DNA from: Chiloscyllium plagiosum | Lineage: Eukaryota | Length of the DNA stretch: 46,975 nucleotides | Direction of reading: 5' to 3' | NCBI RefSeq assembly: GCF_004010195.1 | Contig: NC_057720.1 | Coordinates: 35,573,847-35,620,821 of the forward strand | In this document: positions 24,343 to 37,577 of the stretch, piece by piece | Layout: each line of letters starts with the position of its first letter | Numbering within the stretch: the first letter of the stretch is position 1 | Notes under the pieces: generated by a model | What the model was told of the DNA's origin: nothing | The model's database searches: none | What the model saw: the letters and a program-made list of their open reading frames with translations, nothing else | Made by a program: the position numbers and the translations under genes

Positions 24343-26003
24343 CTCATAGTCCAGGAACCCCGCACTGCCCGGTTCTGCCTCCTTCCCAAGATCCACAGGC
24401 CTGACCACCCTGGCCGACCCATTGTCTCAGCATGCTCCTGCCCCACTGAACTCATTTCTACCTATCTCAACACTGTCCTATCTCCCCTAGTCCAGGAACT
24501 CCCCACATATGTTTGAGACACCACCCACACCCTCCATCTCTTCCAAGACTTCCGTTTCCCCAGCCCCCAACACCTCATCTTCACCATGGATATCCAATCC
24601 CTCTACACCTCCATCCGCCATGACCAGGGCCTCCATGCCCTCCTTTTTTTTTCCTCTCCAGACATCCCCAACAGTACCCTTCCACTGACACTCTCATTCG
24701 TTTGGCCGAACTGGTCCTCACCCTTAACAATTTCTCCTTCAAATCCTCCCACTTCCTCCAGACCAAAGGGGTAGCCATGGGCACACGTATGGGCCCCAGC
24801 TATGCCTGTCTCTTTGTTGGCTACGTAGAACAGTCGATCTTCCGTAATTACACCGGCACCACTCTCCACCTCTTCCTCTGCTACATTGATGACTGCATTG
24901 GCGCCACCTCATGCTCCCGCTGGGAGGTTGAGCAATTCATCAACTTCACCAACACATACCACCTTGACCTTAAATTTACCTGGACCAACTCTGACACCTC
25001 CCAACCTTCCTGGACCTCTCCATCTCCATTAATGATGACTGACTTGACACTGACATTTTTTACAAACCCACCGACTCCCACAGCTACCTTGATTACAACT
25101 CTTCCCACCCTACCTCTTGCAAAAATGCCATCCCGTATTCCCAATTCCTTTGCCTCCGCCATACCTGCTCCCAGGAGGACCAGTTCCACCCCAGAACACA
25201 CCAGATGGTCTCCTTCTTCAGAGACCGCAATTTCCCTTCCTACGTGGTTAAAGGTGCCCTCCAACACATCTCTTCCACATCCCGCACCTTCACCCTCAGA
25301 CCCCACCCCTCCAACTGTAACAAGGACAGAACGCCCCTAGTGCTCACCTTCCACCCTACCAACCTTCGTATAAACCAAATCATCCGCCGACATTTCTGCC
25401 ACCTTCAAAAAGACCCCACCACCAGGGATATATTTCCCTCCCCACCCCTTTCCGCCTTCCACAAAGACCGTTCCCTCCGTGACTACCTGGTCAGGTCCAC
25501 GCCCCCCTACAAGCCACCCTCCCATCCTGGCACCTTCCCCTGCCACCGCAGGAACTGCAAAACCTGCGCCCACACCTCCTCCCTCACCTCATTTATTGTA
25601 TCCGTTGCTCCCGATGCGGTCTCCTCCATATTGGGGAGACTGGGCGCCTCCTAGCAGAGCGCTTTAGGGAACATCTCCAGGACACCCGCACCAATCAACC
25701 ACACCGCCCNNNNNNNNNNNNNNNNNNNNNNNNNNNNNNNNNNNNNNNNNNNNNNNNNNNNNNNNNNNNNNCCTTCATCCCCTCCCCCACTCACCTATTG
25801 TACTCTATGCTACTTTCTCCCCACCCCCACCCTCCTTTAGCTTATCTCTCCATCCTTCAGGCTCTCTGCCTGTATTCCTGATGAAGAACTTTTGCCTGAA
25901 ACGTCTATTTTACTGCTCCTCGGATGCTGCCTGAACTGCTGTGCTCTTCCAGCACCACTAATCCAAAATCTGGTTTCCAGCATCTGCAGTCATTTGTTTT
26001 TAC
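24343..26003 (+). mobile_element. Penelope-like element, 5'-truncated: RT, GIY-YIG (partly deleted), 3' tail with hammerhead
   Basis: LLPKIHRP..PGRPIVS, MDIQSLYT, GVAMGTRMGPSYA, catalytic CYIDDC, PCHRRNCKTC, and a GIY-YIG remnant (atttattgtatccgttgctcccgatgcggtctcctccatattggggagac). 8-bp TSD CACATTTC at 24335-24342 and 26004-26011. Confidence 0.95.
25878..25905 (+). ncRNA. Hammerhead motif with disrupted stem II
   Basis: CTGATGA-agaacttttgcct-GAAACGTC. Core intact; the GGGC/GCCC stem is mutated to GAAC/GCCT. Confidence 0.6.
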
Positions 26004-27518
26004 CACATTTCTTGAAGTGCCTCCTGTCCCTGAGACAGAGGCTGTTTTTAAACTATCACATTTTTTTAACCTTCAGTTCAATCATCTGGTTTCAACAGGG
26101 TGGTCTCAGAGTTCATTTTATGGTTATAGCATCAACTTGGGACAGGGAAACATTGCTGGAACTATGATCTAGTCATTTTTAACATGCCTTTTTTTGTAAG
26201 ATAAAGTATTGATTGAGTAACATGACACACATGTTACATGCGGCACATTGGGCAACCAGATATCACTCTATTGCATGTGTTTTCTCTTTAGAACTCTTAA
26301 AGAAAACCTTTTGAACATTTTTTACATGTGGGGAAACTATGAGTAAATAAATTTAAGCAGAAAAAATAAACACTTGAACACAGCTTGATGTAGGAAATGT
26401 TTAGAATTGGAGCTGGGGGATAGATTAATTTTTTGGCTGATTCACTTGCCTTGACAGTGAGTATTTTCACCTATTTTGGGACTATATTTTTCTAAGCTGG
26501 TGAGCACATGGGATTTAGGTTCCACTGTTTATTTGATATTGGATATCTTGCTGTTCATCTTGTTGAAAATCTCTTTTGAATTTCTCATTAATTTATTTCT
26601 TGAAAGTTTCAGGTCCGAGATCATCAACTTTATTCCGCTTTCCTTCTTGTCATAACTTAGCTTGTCTTGCAGCATGAACTTTAGCTGCGCCTGCATGAGT
26701 AAGAAAGGTGAGAGTTAGATTTAGGGAGGTAATTTTTCAGCTTGAATTCTGCATTGTTAAGAAATATTTTTATATGGACACATTGGAATTTCCAGTAGTG
26801 AACCTTACTGGCTGAAATCCTGACGTACCTTGTACTGTGGTATTGTTGGAAGGGGAAAGGAACCATTCAATGAAAATAGGTCAGTTCTCCCTTGAGATTG
26901 CATGAAAAACATTAATGAATAGGTCACCCTTTTCTAATGCTGGAATTGACTGTTCCCTTCTTGCCTTTTGGACTAAATAACTGTTGCATGATATGGGAGA
27001 GAGGAGAGCATGAAGCAAAGTCAGTAACAACAAATGCGACCAACAGGTGAATGTCAAGACCTAAAACTAATGCATTATGCACAGGTAGCACATTTTTGGA
27101 GATTAGTGATACTGTTTTTACTTGGGGGGGGGGGGGTAGGGGAGGGAAAGCAGCTGGATTTGGGGAAAGGGTGCTTGTGGCAGTGGGATGAGAAGCCCTT
27201 GGGCAAGTTTAGGGGCTGTGGCCTGAAAATAACATTTACTGTGAAAACACTTTGTGAACATAAATGGGTGACACTAAATAAAACAAAAGGCTTAGGAACC
27301 AAACAGCAAAGAGCAGAGTTTTGGGCCTGAACATTAAATGTTTAAAGTTTCTTGTATTAGTTCTTCTGTTTATTACTTTAACAATAGGATTACGTGTTTT
27401 TAAAAAATGCCATTTGCAAGTTTTAGTTTCACACTACCTCTGGATTAGTGGTGCTGGAAGAGCACAGCAGTTCAGACAGCATCCGAGGAGCAGTAAAATC
27501 GATGTTTCGGGCAAAAGC

Positions 27519-28499
27519 NNNNNNNNNNNNNNNNNNNNNNNNNNNNNNNNNNNNNNNNNNNNNNNNNNNNNNNNNNNNNNNNNNNNNNNNNNNNNNNNNN
27601 NNNNNNNNNNNNNNNNNNNNNNNNNNNNNNNNNNNNNNNNNNNNNNNNNNNNNNNNNNNNNNNNNNNNNNNNNNNNNNNNNNNNNNNNNNNNNNNNNNNN
27701 NNNNNNNNNNNNNNNNNNNNNNNNNNNNNNNNNNNNNNNNNNNNNNNNNNNNNNNNNNNNNNNNNNNNNNNNNNNNNNNNNNNNNNNNNNNNNNNNNNNN
27801 NNNNNNNNNNNNNNNNNNNNNNNNNNNNNNNNNNNNNNNNNNNNNNNNNNNNNNNNNNNNNNNNNNNNNNNNNNNNNNNNNNNNNNNNNNNNNNNNNNNN
27901 NNNNNNNNNNNNNNNNNNNNNNNNNNNNNNNNNNNNNNNNNNNNNNNNNNNNNNNNNNNNNNNNNNNNNNNNNNNNNNNNNNNNNNNNNNNNNNNNNNNN
28001 NNNNNNNNNNNNNNNNNNNNNNNNNNNNNNNNNNNNNNNNNNNNNNNNNNNNNNNNNNNNNNNNNNNNNNNNNNNNNNNNNNNNNNNNNNNNNNNNNNNN
28101 NNNNNNNNNNNNNNNNNNNNNNNNNNNNNNNNNNNNNNNNNNNNNNNNNNNNNNNNNNNNNNNNNNNNNNNNNNNNNNNNNNNNNNNNNNNNNNNNNNNN
28201 NNNNNNNNNNNNNNNNNNNNNNNNNNNNNNNNNNNNNNNNNNNNNNNNNNNNNNNNNNNNNNNNNNNNNNNNNNNNNNNNNNNNNNNNNNNNNNNNNNNN
28301 NNNNNNNNNNNNNNNNNNNNNNNNNNNNNNNNNNNNNNNNNNNNNNNNNNNNNNNNNNNNNNNNNNNNNNNNNNNNNNNNNNNNNNNNNNNNNNNNNNNN
28401 NNNNNNNNNNNNNNNNNNNNNNNNNNNNNNNNNNNNNNNNNNNNNNNNNNNNNNNNNNNNNNNNNNNNNNNNNNNNNNNNNNNNNNNNNNNNNNNNNNN
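27519..28499. other. Assembly gap (others at 19538-19551, 20089-20199, 25710-25771)
   Basis: Runs of N. All four gaps lie inside young TE copies. Confidence 1.
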
Positions 28500-28603
28500 T
28501 TCATCCCCTCCCCCACTCACTTATTGTACTCTATGCTACTTTCTCTCCACCCCCACCCTCCTCTCACTTATCTCTCCACCCTTCAGGCTCTCTGCCTGTA
28601 TTC

Positions 28604-28631
28604 TTGATGAAGGGCTTTTGCCCGAAACGTC
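28604..28631 (+). ncRNA. Hammerhead motif with C3>T core mutation
   Basis: tTGATGA-A-GGGC-TTTT-GCCC-GAAACGTC. Confidence 0.6.
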
Positions 28632-29044
28632 TATTTTACTGCTCCTCGGATGCTGCCTGAACTGCTGTGCTCTTCCAGCACCACTAATCCAAAATCTGGT
28701 TTCCAGCATCTGCAGTCATTGTTTTCACATTAACTCTTCCATTCTTGAATCATTTGACTTGATTCTAAAAAAAATAAGCTCACTCAATGGTTAAGATATT
28801 AACTTCCGCCTCCACACGCAACTTCCCACTACTATCCTTGACTGGACCTATTCCTACCCTAGTCATTCTTTTATTCTTTTAAACGATCCCACATCTACAT
28901 TCCATTTCTAAAATACAAGTGAATTATTTCACATTAAAATCTATTTTTTCAACAAGTGATGTATCAAATTCACTAACAGAATCCTTCCAGTTAAGGGCCA
29001 CATCTGAGTAAGGGTTTGATTGGAGAGAAAACCTACAACATTGT

Positions 29045-29255
29045 AAAGGTCAAATCACCATGGTGCCTTTAGGTCAGAGGGCTGTAATTAGAGAGAGCCA
29101 GTTGGTGCTGATTTAACCTGAGGTTCACCATGCCTCAAGTGAAGGGACAAGGTCGAGACAGAGTTCTTCGTCGTAACGTCAGCTGGTGTAGGAATTGACT
29201 CCATGCTGTTAGCTTCACTCTGCATTGCAGAATAGCCATCTAAGCTACAACTTCA
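29045..29255 (-). mobile_element. tRNA-derived SINE, degenerate
   Basis: The reverse complement begins with A-box-like gtagcttagatgg and B-box-like ggagtcaattcc, followed by a ~150 bp body. Confidence 0.5.
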
Positions 29256-30719
29256 GTGATTTACCCTCATCACTATTTTACTACTTTGAGCATATTTTCC
29301 CATTGGCAGTGCAAAATCTGCAAATATTTCTCCATTATAAGAAGTCCTCATATCCAAAATATTAGAAACAGATACCTTGAAATTACCATGTAAGTTATAA
29401 ATAGCTTTATGGAACATTTTTTTTGTATTAGCTCTTTGTTGCAAACCCATTCAAAGCAAATGGGTTAAAATCGCAGTTAAAATTTACCACTGAGCAAATT
29501 TAAATAACCTCATCAAGTGTGAGTAGTTTCGTATCCCATAGATTTTTTTTTTACATGATCAGGTTGTTACTAAGTGTCTTGTAGAATAGCAAACTTTTTT
29601 ATTCCATGAACTTTGCGTCAGAATGCTTCTTAAAAACCTTCTTTTGCAGACTTGGTAATAAGAGAATTTAAAAGTCCTTTGATTATTGTCTGATTGTACA
29701 AATGTTACTACATACAAAATACCATTAAAGTAAATTATTATCATGAGATTTTTTGCAAACCTTGTGTTACCACATACTTTGGAATTAAGTTTGCATTATT
29801 ACAAAAATCATCAGTAAAAATTTCATTTTATAACAAACATGACTAAGTGATATGTATGTAAAAAGAGATAAGAGAAATATGTAAGCATGATACAAACCAC
29901 ATAGTATTATTTTAGTACTTTACAGTAACATAATGCCTGTGTATTTCACGAAACTTCAATTACCACAAAGTCATTCATTTGCAATGACACTCCTTGAAAG
30001 AGTTATCCTTCTCTCCATCACCACGCAGCAATATATTGTAGGGTCTCTTATGTGCACAGGCAAACAGATATGACCCTTGAGGTCCTGGTGGATGGGGTCC
30101 AAAGCATATCTCTTGCCTTCAGTTCTTCTGCCTGGCTTCTTGTTTACCACCAATTGTCTCATCAACATCAAGAGGTATCCCGAGCAAGATGCCAATGATG
30201 GCATGCTTGGAAAAGTGACTCACTGAAATCAAACATTTCATTTGTCCTTGTGAAGAAGAATATACAGTAACTTAGCACCTCTCCTTTTTCAATTAACTCC
30301 TCTGAGAATCTCAGATTAAGTGTTATTGAAGTGTCAGTGAAGTCTTTACAAAGTATCCTACTGTTGCAAATATGAAGTTTAGAAGATTATTGCGTTTGAT
30401 TGTGTCTCTTCCATTTAAGATAAAATGGAGATATGAAGGAGGCTATGTGATTTGCTCAGAATTCTACAATATCAAGCTTACTGGGTTTGCTTGTTAGAAC
30501 ATCACGCTATGAAGAAATAGGTGCTGGTGTTCACTGCTGTGGAAAATGGTCAAAGCAGTTCTGATTACAATGGATTGACTCTTAGTCTTTAAGCCTCACA
30601 GGGACCTCTTTAGAATGTTGAATGTTATAGTTCTTATATTTTGAACTGTGTACATCCAAGATAGAGTTTGGGGCCTAGAACTTTAATATTTATGATTTGT
30701 ACTTGGGTATTGCTCCCTC

Positions 30720-31200
30720 TTTTCTTCGATAGTTCATTGCAACCAAGGATGACTTGCTTGTTGCCAGTTTGAGCTCTTAGATAGCGAATAAGTCTAATGT
30801 GTGATCTTCAAACCCTAGATTGGTTTGGTAGATAGGTTATTTGGAGATTTGTGGATTCTCTCCTCTGCATATTCCCAATAAAGTCTCTCAATGTGTTTGT
30901 GCCTTCACAGATAAGCCTTCACCTGTTTGGTTGGTCTTGAGCCCGGACTCCCATGAGTCAGTGGGGCTATATGACTTCTTCAGACATGCTTTAAGAACAT
31001 TCCTAAAGCATTGCCACTGTCCCTGGGAGTCCCTGGCCTTGACCAAATTTTGAAGTCTATGTCAGGTGCATAAACTATGGAACTGATAGGGATTGATTAG
31101 GATCTCAGTGCTGGGCAAGTAATCTTGGGAGAGGATGCTATTGTTGGAAAAGTTTTTTTGCAATCAGATTTGGACCTTGCATTGACTGAAAACTACTTCA
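30720..31200 (-). mobile_element. RTE-clade LINE 3' fragment, degenerate
   Basis: The tail caaccaaggatgacttgctt matches gatcaaggatgactttctt (~32746) of the RTE copy at 32730-33545. Confidence 0.55.
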
Positions 31201-31649
31201 TGGCTCCAGAAAAAGGTGCCAGTCTTAGAGCTAGTTGGAAGCAATGATACAGCATAAAATGTTGGATATAAAGAAAAAAATGGCAGGTGAAAGGAAAGCA
31301 AGGGATTCAACAGCTCACAAACATGAATAACGTGCGTAGTTTCTTCAGCATTCTTTGGCCCAAGCATTCCAGAAAACAATCCTGGTGACAGCCAAACATG
31401 GAGAGGACACCATCAAGGAACTAGAGACAGTCAACAATCACTAAAGAGAACATTTTGAAGAACTATTCAGTTGAATCTCTCTTCAACTTGAATATCCTAA
31501 ATTTCCTTCCTTTGTACTCTATGAGAGTCAGTCTTTACTTGCCTCCACCCAGAATGAGGCTGTAATAGCCAGTCAGTAACTATAAAACAACTTTCATTTG
31601 AAGAAAGAATCCCTGGTGAAATTCTGAAAAATACACACCTCAGTTCCAG

Positions 31650-32185
31650 CAGGTTAGCCAGAGGCCAGGAGATAATCTACATAATAGACAGGAAACTGTT
31701 CAACCTATGTCTCTTTTATCCATGTCACCTTCAACCCAAAACCAAAACCAATCCAATCTCAATCATAGCTTAAATTTGCAGCTGAGTTCATGTGTACTCT
31801 CTCAAAGTGAACTCCAGGTCATTGTCAACTCCTTCTCCAAAGCATATGAGAAAATAACTATTCCCCTAAACATCCAGAAAATGAAGGCCATCATTCAATC
31901 TGCTCTCACAACACAACAACAACCTCACCTCCCCCCAAAATTAAAATCACCAGTGAAATCCTGGAAAATGGACCATTTGCTGTATCTTTGGAGCTTCCCC
32001 TCACCAAAGGAAGACAAGTGACAACATTCTTCATGGCTTTGGTGTTCCAGGTCAATCTTAAACCAATTGTGGAAAAGAATATCTGAAGACCAGAATATCA
32101 AGCTTGTAACTAAGGTTATGGTTTACCCCAACATGGACAAGCTAAAGCAGGCACTTCAAAATACTGGAGAACTTCCGTCTGAAAA
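31650..32185 (+). mobile_element. RTE-clade LINE RT C-terminal fragment
   Basis: ELQVIVNSFSKAYEKITIPLNIQKMKAIIQ...MDHLLYLWS (RTE pattern LQ..V..F..A....GL.IN..KT...VD.F.YLGS). Confidence 0.7.
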
Positions 32186-32729
32186 CAAGGTCCATGTGAT
32201 TCATGTTACTGTGGAGATAGTCTTTGAAAGGGCGAAATGTCCATAAAAATCTGTTGTAATTTTGACTTGCAGGTTTTTTAAGATCTCCCTGAAACATGCT
32301 GTTATAGGTCAGCCTACAGACATCTTAGGGACAGAGGGCAGGATATAGAGATGGCTAATCCTTTGCTTGAAGTGAAAATTCTGATCCTGTTGTTCACTCT
32401 TCAGCATGCGGGTGGGAGCACATGTTCCAATTAAACACATTAAGTTCATGAGGATTTAAAGGAGGCTGGAAAGTTTGCCTATCTTTTATTTGAAGGAAAG
32501 GCTTACTCGTGTGACCCTCAGTGAAAGTCAAATCTCAATTCAGGAGTTACCTGGCGAGGAATGAGAAAAGGAAGTAAGCCATTGGCAGCAGCAAAAACCT
32601 CTGGACCAGTTCTGGAAGGATTAAGTGTGTATTTAAATGACGGTGTTAGAAGCAGAGGATTTTTGGTTATTTTCAAATTAAAATAGGAAAACCTTTTTGT
32701 AGTGTCTCTTCTCTCTTGTTTTCTCTCTT

Positions 32730-33545
32730 TTAAGCAGTCACTTTGGATCAAGGATGACTTTCTTCCACTCCAGTATTGAGGTTCCTATGATGACTAAAAA
32801 TTCCAATACTGGATGTGAAATCTCTGCCACAAGTCGGGAATGTGGTGCTTGCTGAAGTGGGTGGTTGGGATACTCAAGTTTCCAAATGCTCCTTTCCCTG
32901 TTTGCACGTCACCTCCACCGAGGCAATCTTTTAGAGATGCCTTGTCTCCAGTTTGGGAAATCTTGGGCTAAAATTGGGATAGTCCATCTTTTTCTGTGAA
33001 GGCTTTGACAATATCCATCGAGCATTTCCTCTGCCCTCTGGTAACTGCTTGCCATTATAAAACTCTGCGTAGAGATTTTTGAACGCCTTATGTCAGGCAT
33101 GCCTGACAATGTGGACCAATCAAGCAGCTTATTACTACTATTATTATTATCAACATCTGTATCTTGATATTGGGGATGTTGGCCTGAAAGAAGACACTGA
33201 TATTGGAGACTCTGTTCTCCTGGTGGATTTGCAAGATTTTATAAAGGCATTCCTGGTGATGCTTCTCAAGGATTTTGAGATGTCCGCTGTACATTGCCCA
33301 TGCCTCCAATATAAAAAGGAGGGCTGGTAATATTGCTTCCTTGCAGACCATGAGCTTGGTGTCAGGCTTGAGGTTTTTATCTTCGAACTCTTGTGTTCGT
33401 CTGACAATTGAAAGCTACGGTGACGCATTGAGTGCTGTGTTAAATTTCATTGATGTTTGCCCTTGCTGTGGGAACTTCCTCTCGGCAAAAGCAGGCATTG
33501 ATGATGAAATTCTGTTTAGAATGAAAGTTGCCTACCAAAATAGTA
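32730..33545 (-). mobile_element. RTE-clade LINE 3' fragment
   Basis: ORF 33088-33351: VCKEAILPALLFILEAWAMYSGHLKILEKHHQECLYKILQIHQENRVSNISV (RTE pattern VY.A.V.PTLLY..E.W......LE.FH..CL..IL). Contains a (TTA/CTA)n tract at 33129-33150. Confidence 0.82.
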
Positions 33546-34632
33546 CTTAGCTATAAAGTTTGAACATTAGACTTGTGCTGCGATCCTCTCAATATGTCAT
33601 TGGAATTAAAATAACTGTTTTAAAATGTTTGGTCTCCATAGGGATTTTAACCACCAATGTGTTTCGTAGATCCCCTTCACATGTCCAGTAGAAATAACAA
33701 GAATATTGAGTATTCTTATAATTTTTAATTAACATCAGAGCTTCATTTACTCCTGAACTGTTGGTTACTGTTAAAAGAGAGGGGTTTCTTGAGATTTTTT
33801 TCACCAATATGCCATGCATCCCCTTGAATGAGCACTAGTATAATTTTACGTGGCACGCAACTGGTTTTTACCTTCAGATTAACTTCTAGAGCAGGCATTT
33901 GTTCCTTTATTCAGTTGTCATCTTGTGCTAAATGTAGGCTAAACTGGCATTTCGATTTAAGGCCCCACCTTGACCATCCTTTTTTTGCACCTAAAGTATT
34001 CTGTGAAAATCACCCACAACATGTCTGGCAGGTTAACTTCTGTTTTGCTAGGAAAGAGTGGTGCAGAAGTTTATAGAATACCTTGGAACCAATAGTGTTA
34101 TATCAGAAACTACTGGGTGGGATACAGTTAAAAGAAAAGTCAAAACAAAAGTTGTGTTCTGAAGAAAGAAATGTAAGATATATCCTGAAATATCTTCTTT
34201 ATCCTTTGAGGGGGTACATGGCCTAAATGTTTCAAGAACTGGAGAAAGCTTTGTATGGCTGTAATATAAATTGATGAATATTTGAAATTTTTCAATCCCC
34301 TTTCATGTTTTTTTTGCTCTTCTAAAGTTATGTCTGAAATCAAGGAAGTCGGCTAGTCAGGATTAGTTGTCTGCTTTCTACAGGCGATTTCAAAATAAGA
34401 GTTTTTACTTTGGTGACAACTGTGGTTTGTAATAGCTTATGATGGAGTCATTTGGAAAAGTCTACAAAGTTTGAGGTACTGTTGAGAAATGAGGGTGGCC
34501 AGCCTGTTATATCATCTGTGTCTGCTATTCCTCACACTAGGAGTAAATCATGTCCCATCCTCACCATGACAACAATGATGAGTTGTCTGAATGGCAGGAG
34601 GTGACTTACAAAAGGCAAAAACGGAAAAAAAT

Positions 34633-34840
34633 CATAGTCGTTTCTGCTATAACATGTGTTTCTTCAATGTGAATTGAAAAATTTAGACAAATATTTCTAG
34701 AACGTGCACTTTCCTTACCTGTATTTGCTTTAACCTGATTCCAGCCCCATTAGTTTAAATGGCCTGGCTATTACATGATTTTCTTAAACCACGCATCCGC
34801 ATGAGAGCACAACTATTGCATTTTATCAAAACCTACTGTA
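34633..34840. mobile_element. Second, more diverged copy of the Tc1/mariner-type MITE
   Basis: 5' tttctgctataac; internal ccccattagtttaaatgg...gctattacatgattttctta (vs ccccattaatttaaatgg...gctattgcatgattttctta at ~23874-23915); 3' ctactgTA. Confidence 0.65.
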
Positions 34841-37577
34841 ATGAATAAATATATATAGATGTGCTTTGACAAAGTGGACTGTTAGATAACCCAATTCACA
34901 TTAGTTAAATATTCTTTGTGACAGAGGGGTGAGGACAAATTGGTTTCGGATTAATTTTCAAATGTTCATATTTTGAGTTCCAGCATTATTCTTTTACCAA
35001 AACACCCAGTGATTCATCAATATGTAAATTTGATATTAGTGACATGTTCGCACTTCTTCAATCCACATTCTAAGTATGCCAGAATGAAACATTTCATTAA
35101 AATTGTCCAGAAGCTGTAGAATCTTAAACTGACCAAAGTGGCACATTTTAACCTACTATGGACACCTGCCATATAAATACCATGAACAGCTCCCAGATGC
35201 CTGAAACAGACAAGAACAAAGTTTTGTTTAATGATCACAGTTTTATAGTCAGGTAATAAAGGATTGCTATATTCACCTACAGGATGTGAGATAACTGTAA
35301 TAATTGTGAGAACTTAGAATCACCCATTTCTTAATTGTGTATGTGATATAAATTCAATTTCAAGTTGAACATGACCTTAGTAACAACAGTGGTCGATGTA
35401 CAACCAAATTCCACAGCACCCTCCAAGATTGACCAGACAGCGCATAGAAATAACAGCTATCCTTAGTGGTAGATTGTATATTCTGCTGAAGTAATGATAT
35501 TGCATGAACCATAGCAGATTTAAAACTGCTCTTATAATTTTAATTTTTCTTTTTGTCCTACATAGGGCTTTTTGCTGATGAGCAAAATCTCTGAACAACA
35601 TACAGCCTTAATCCTTGCTGACTATACACTGTGTCCTTCATTGGAGACAGTTATCCTTAAAACTTTCTATTCACTATAATTATTAGCTAATGCTAATATT
35701 TCAAAATAACTATTTTGTTTTTGCTCTGTATGTGAGCCTATCAGGTTCAGTGTTGGGCCTACAGCATCACTGAAAATATGCAAACCTGTTTGAAATAATT
35801 TATTTTACCTCAAAGTCTTTCCTTGTTAAGGTCAACAGAGAGGCTTTGTTTTGATTACTGGTCCTATCAGTAATGTTAGGCTTATCCAGCTGACTGCTCT
35901 CACAGCATCGTGTGGCTGGCTCCCACATCTGCTGTTCAATGATACAGATATTGTTTTTCCCTCCATGGTGGTTACTCCGAGGTAATGACTATTGACCCTT
36001 GCCCTCTCAAGTCGAGCTCTAATCTTGTTGTGACTGCATAGCAGGTGCCTAAATGGAAAAGGGGGAGGATGTGCATGATACAGATTAGTGGGGAGGTGGG
36101 CTTTTAGCTTGGTGGAGTCATGTGTAAGTGTGTGTGTGCAGTGGGAGTATAGGAGGTTTGGATGGTCACTCTACAAGAACAATGGCCACTTTTTTTGAAG
36201 CTGTCACTTTTTTCATTCAAGCAGGAAGAAACTAAGTCATATCAATGTGTGTTATGTCAGATGATCAAAAAACAACATTTTCTTTTCTCCACTAAAAAAA
36301 CAAGCTACGTACAGTCAGCAGTAAGGAAAAAAGTTTTTAACTTAAGCCAGTGACACAGAATAATACATAATTTGAATAGCGTTTTTTTTCTGGTCTTTCT
36401 TTTAGCTCCAAGTTCAGTGTATATATAACCCTGTTGGCATTAGTTTGTTGTTAGGGAGGCTGTGGTTTGAGGCTTTGTTCCTTCAATGAGTCTAAAATTC
36501 CACCATTCCAAATCAGTGACCTCTGAAGAGTAGCCAAAGGAGCACAATTTGTTGTTATAATTCCAGCTGATGTTACTACTGGAAAGTCAGATTCTGGAAT
36601 GAAATCTGGCCTGATAATCATATTTTGTTTCTTTTAAATTTAACATGGTAGTCTGTCATTAAAGCATAAGCATGCGAGGGTGTGTAGAATTGAGGCCTTT
36701 TCCCTTGACAATGCACATAACTGAGAATGTAGAGTTCCCCAGTCTATCTGCAGCATTATAATCAAATACACCTAGTCCAGAAGTTTCACAAACTACACTT
36801 TTTGTTTTCTCTCTGAGGTAACTCATTTCCTTAACTGTTCTGAACAAGCTCCCTTTTAGTTGGAGAGATTTTATTTACATCTAATGTTAGTCAGGTCTCC
36901 TTCAAATTGCTCAACAGCGTTTAAACTAATTATTTATTTAAAAAGCTGCTCATTCTAGACCATGCTAAACTGTTGATATTGATCCTTTCTCTTTCCAGTC
37001 ATAAACACCACAGTATAAACAAGCTTCCATTAATACTCCAGTAAACACATACGAGTTTAAAATCATGGTTTCGGACAGACTGACCTAGTTAATTTTCAAA
37101 CTCCTTCACAAAATAAACCAATACCATATCACACTAGTTTTAACTCCAAACTGTTTTCAAAAATTGAGATTAATAGAAAAATCACACACTTTTCATCGCA
37201 TTGTTTTTATTACAATTACTATTGGTAGTGGACTGATTGTGGATGGGGAAGGATGAGATGTATGAAGGTGTTTGGGTGGTTTCTCATCATTCTGCTCTCA
37301 AATGTTGAATATTTTGATATACTGGGCTATGTTTATATTGGCACTGATGGCACTCCAGTAACATTCCATTCTGTTCACATGCTAGTCAAATATGTAGACA
37401 TGACAATAAAAGCTAATTCTAACTCCCCAACAATACCAGATTCCATCTTCCTTCAATGTCTGTATAATGGATAATCATCAGGAATGGGATGTTTACTGGG
37501 GTAGAAGATTAAGCTCAGTCGCAGCACCTCAACTGCTAGTATCAGCAAATTTGGAATTAACTGGAGGTCAACCATAT

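Larger units (their letters stand above)
27442..28722. mobile_element. PLE insertion with inverted left end, mostly hidden in the 981-nt gap
   Basis: 27442-27518 is a minus-strand tail and 28500-28722 a plus-strand tail nearly identical to 25772-26000. Flanked by an imperfect 15-bp direct repeat (27427-27441 vs 28723-28737). Confidence 0.8.

Noticed and set aside
27124..27175. G13 run plus G-tracts (G-quadruplex potential)
   Set aside because: An isolated homopolymer with no supporting context; common in vertebrate DNA.
27321..28794. Four 360-450 aa ORFs in the track
   Set aside because: They are artefacts of translating through the N gap; the flanks are PLE tail sequence.
29971..30225. Minus-strand ORF after an acceptor-like ttgatttcag
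   Set aside because: No recognisable domain, stops in the alternative frames and no donor site identified.
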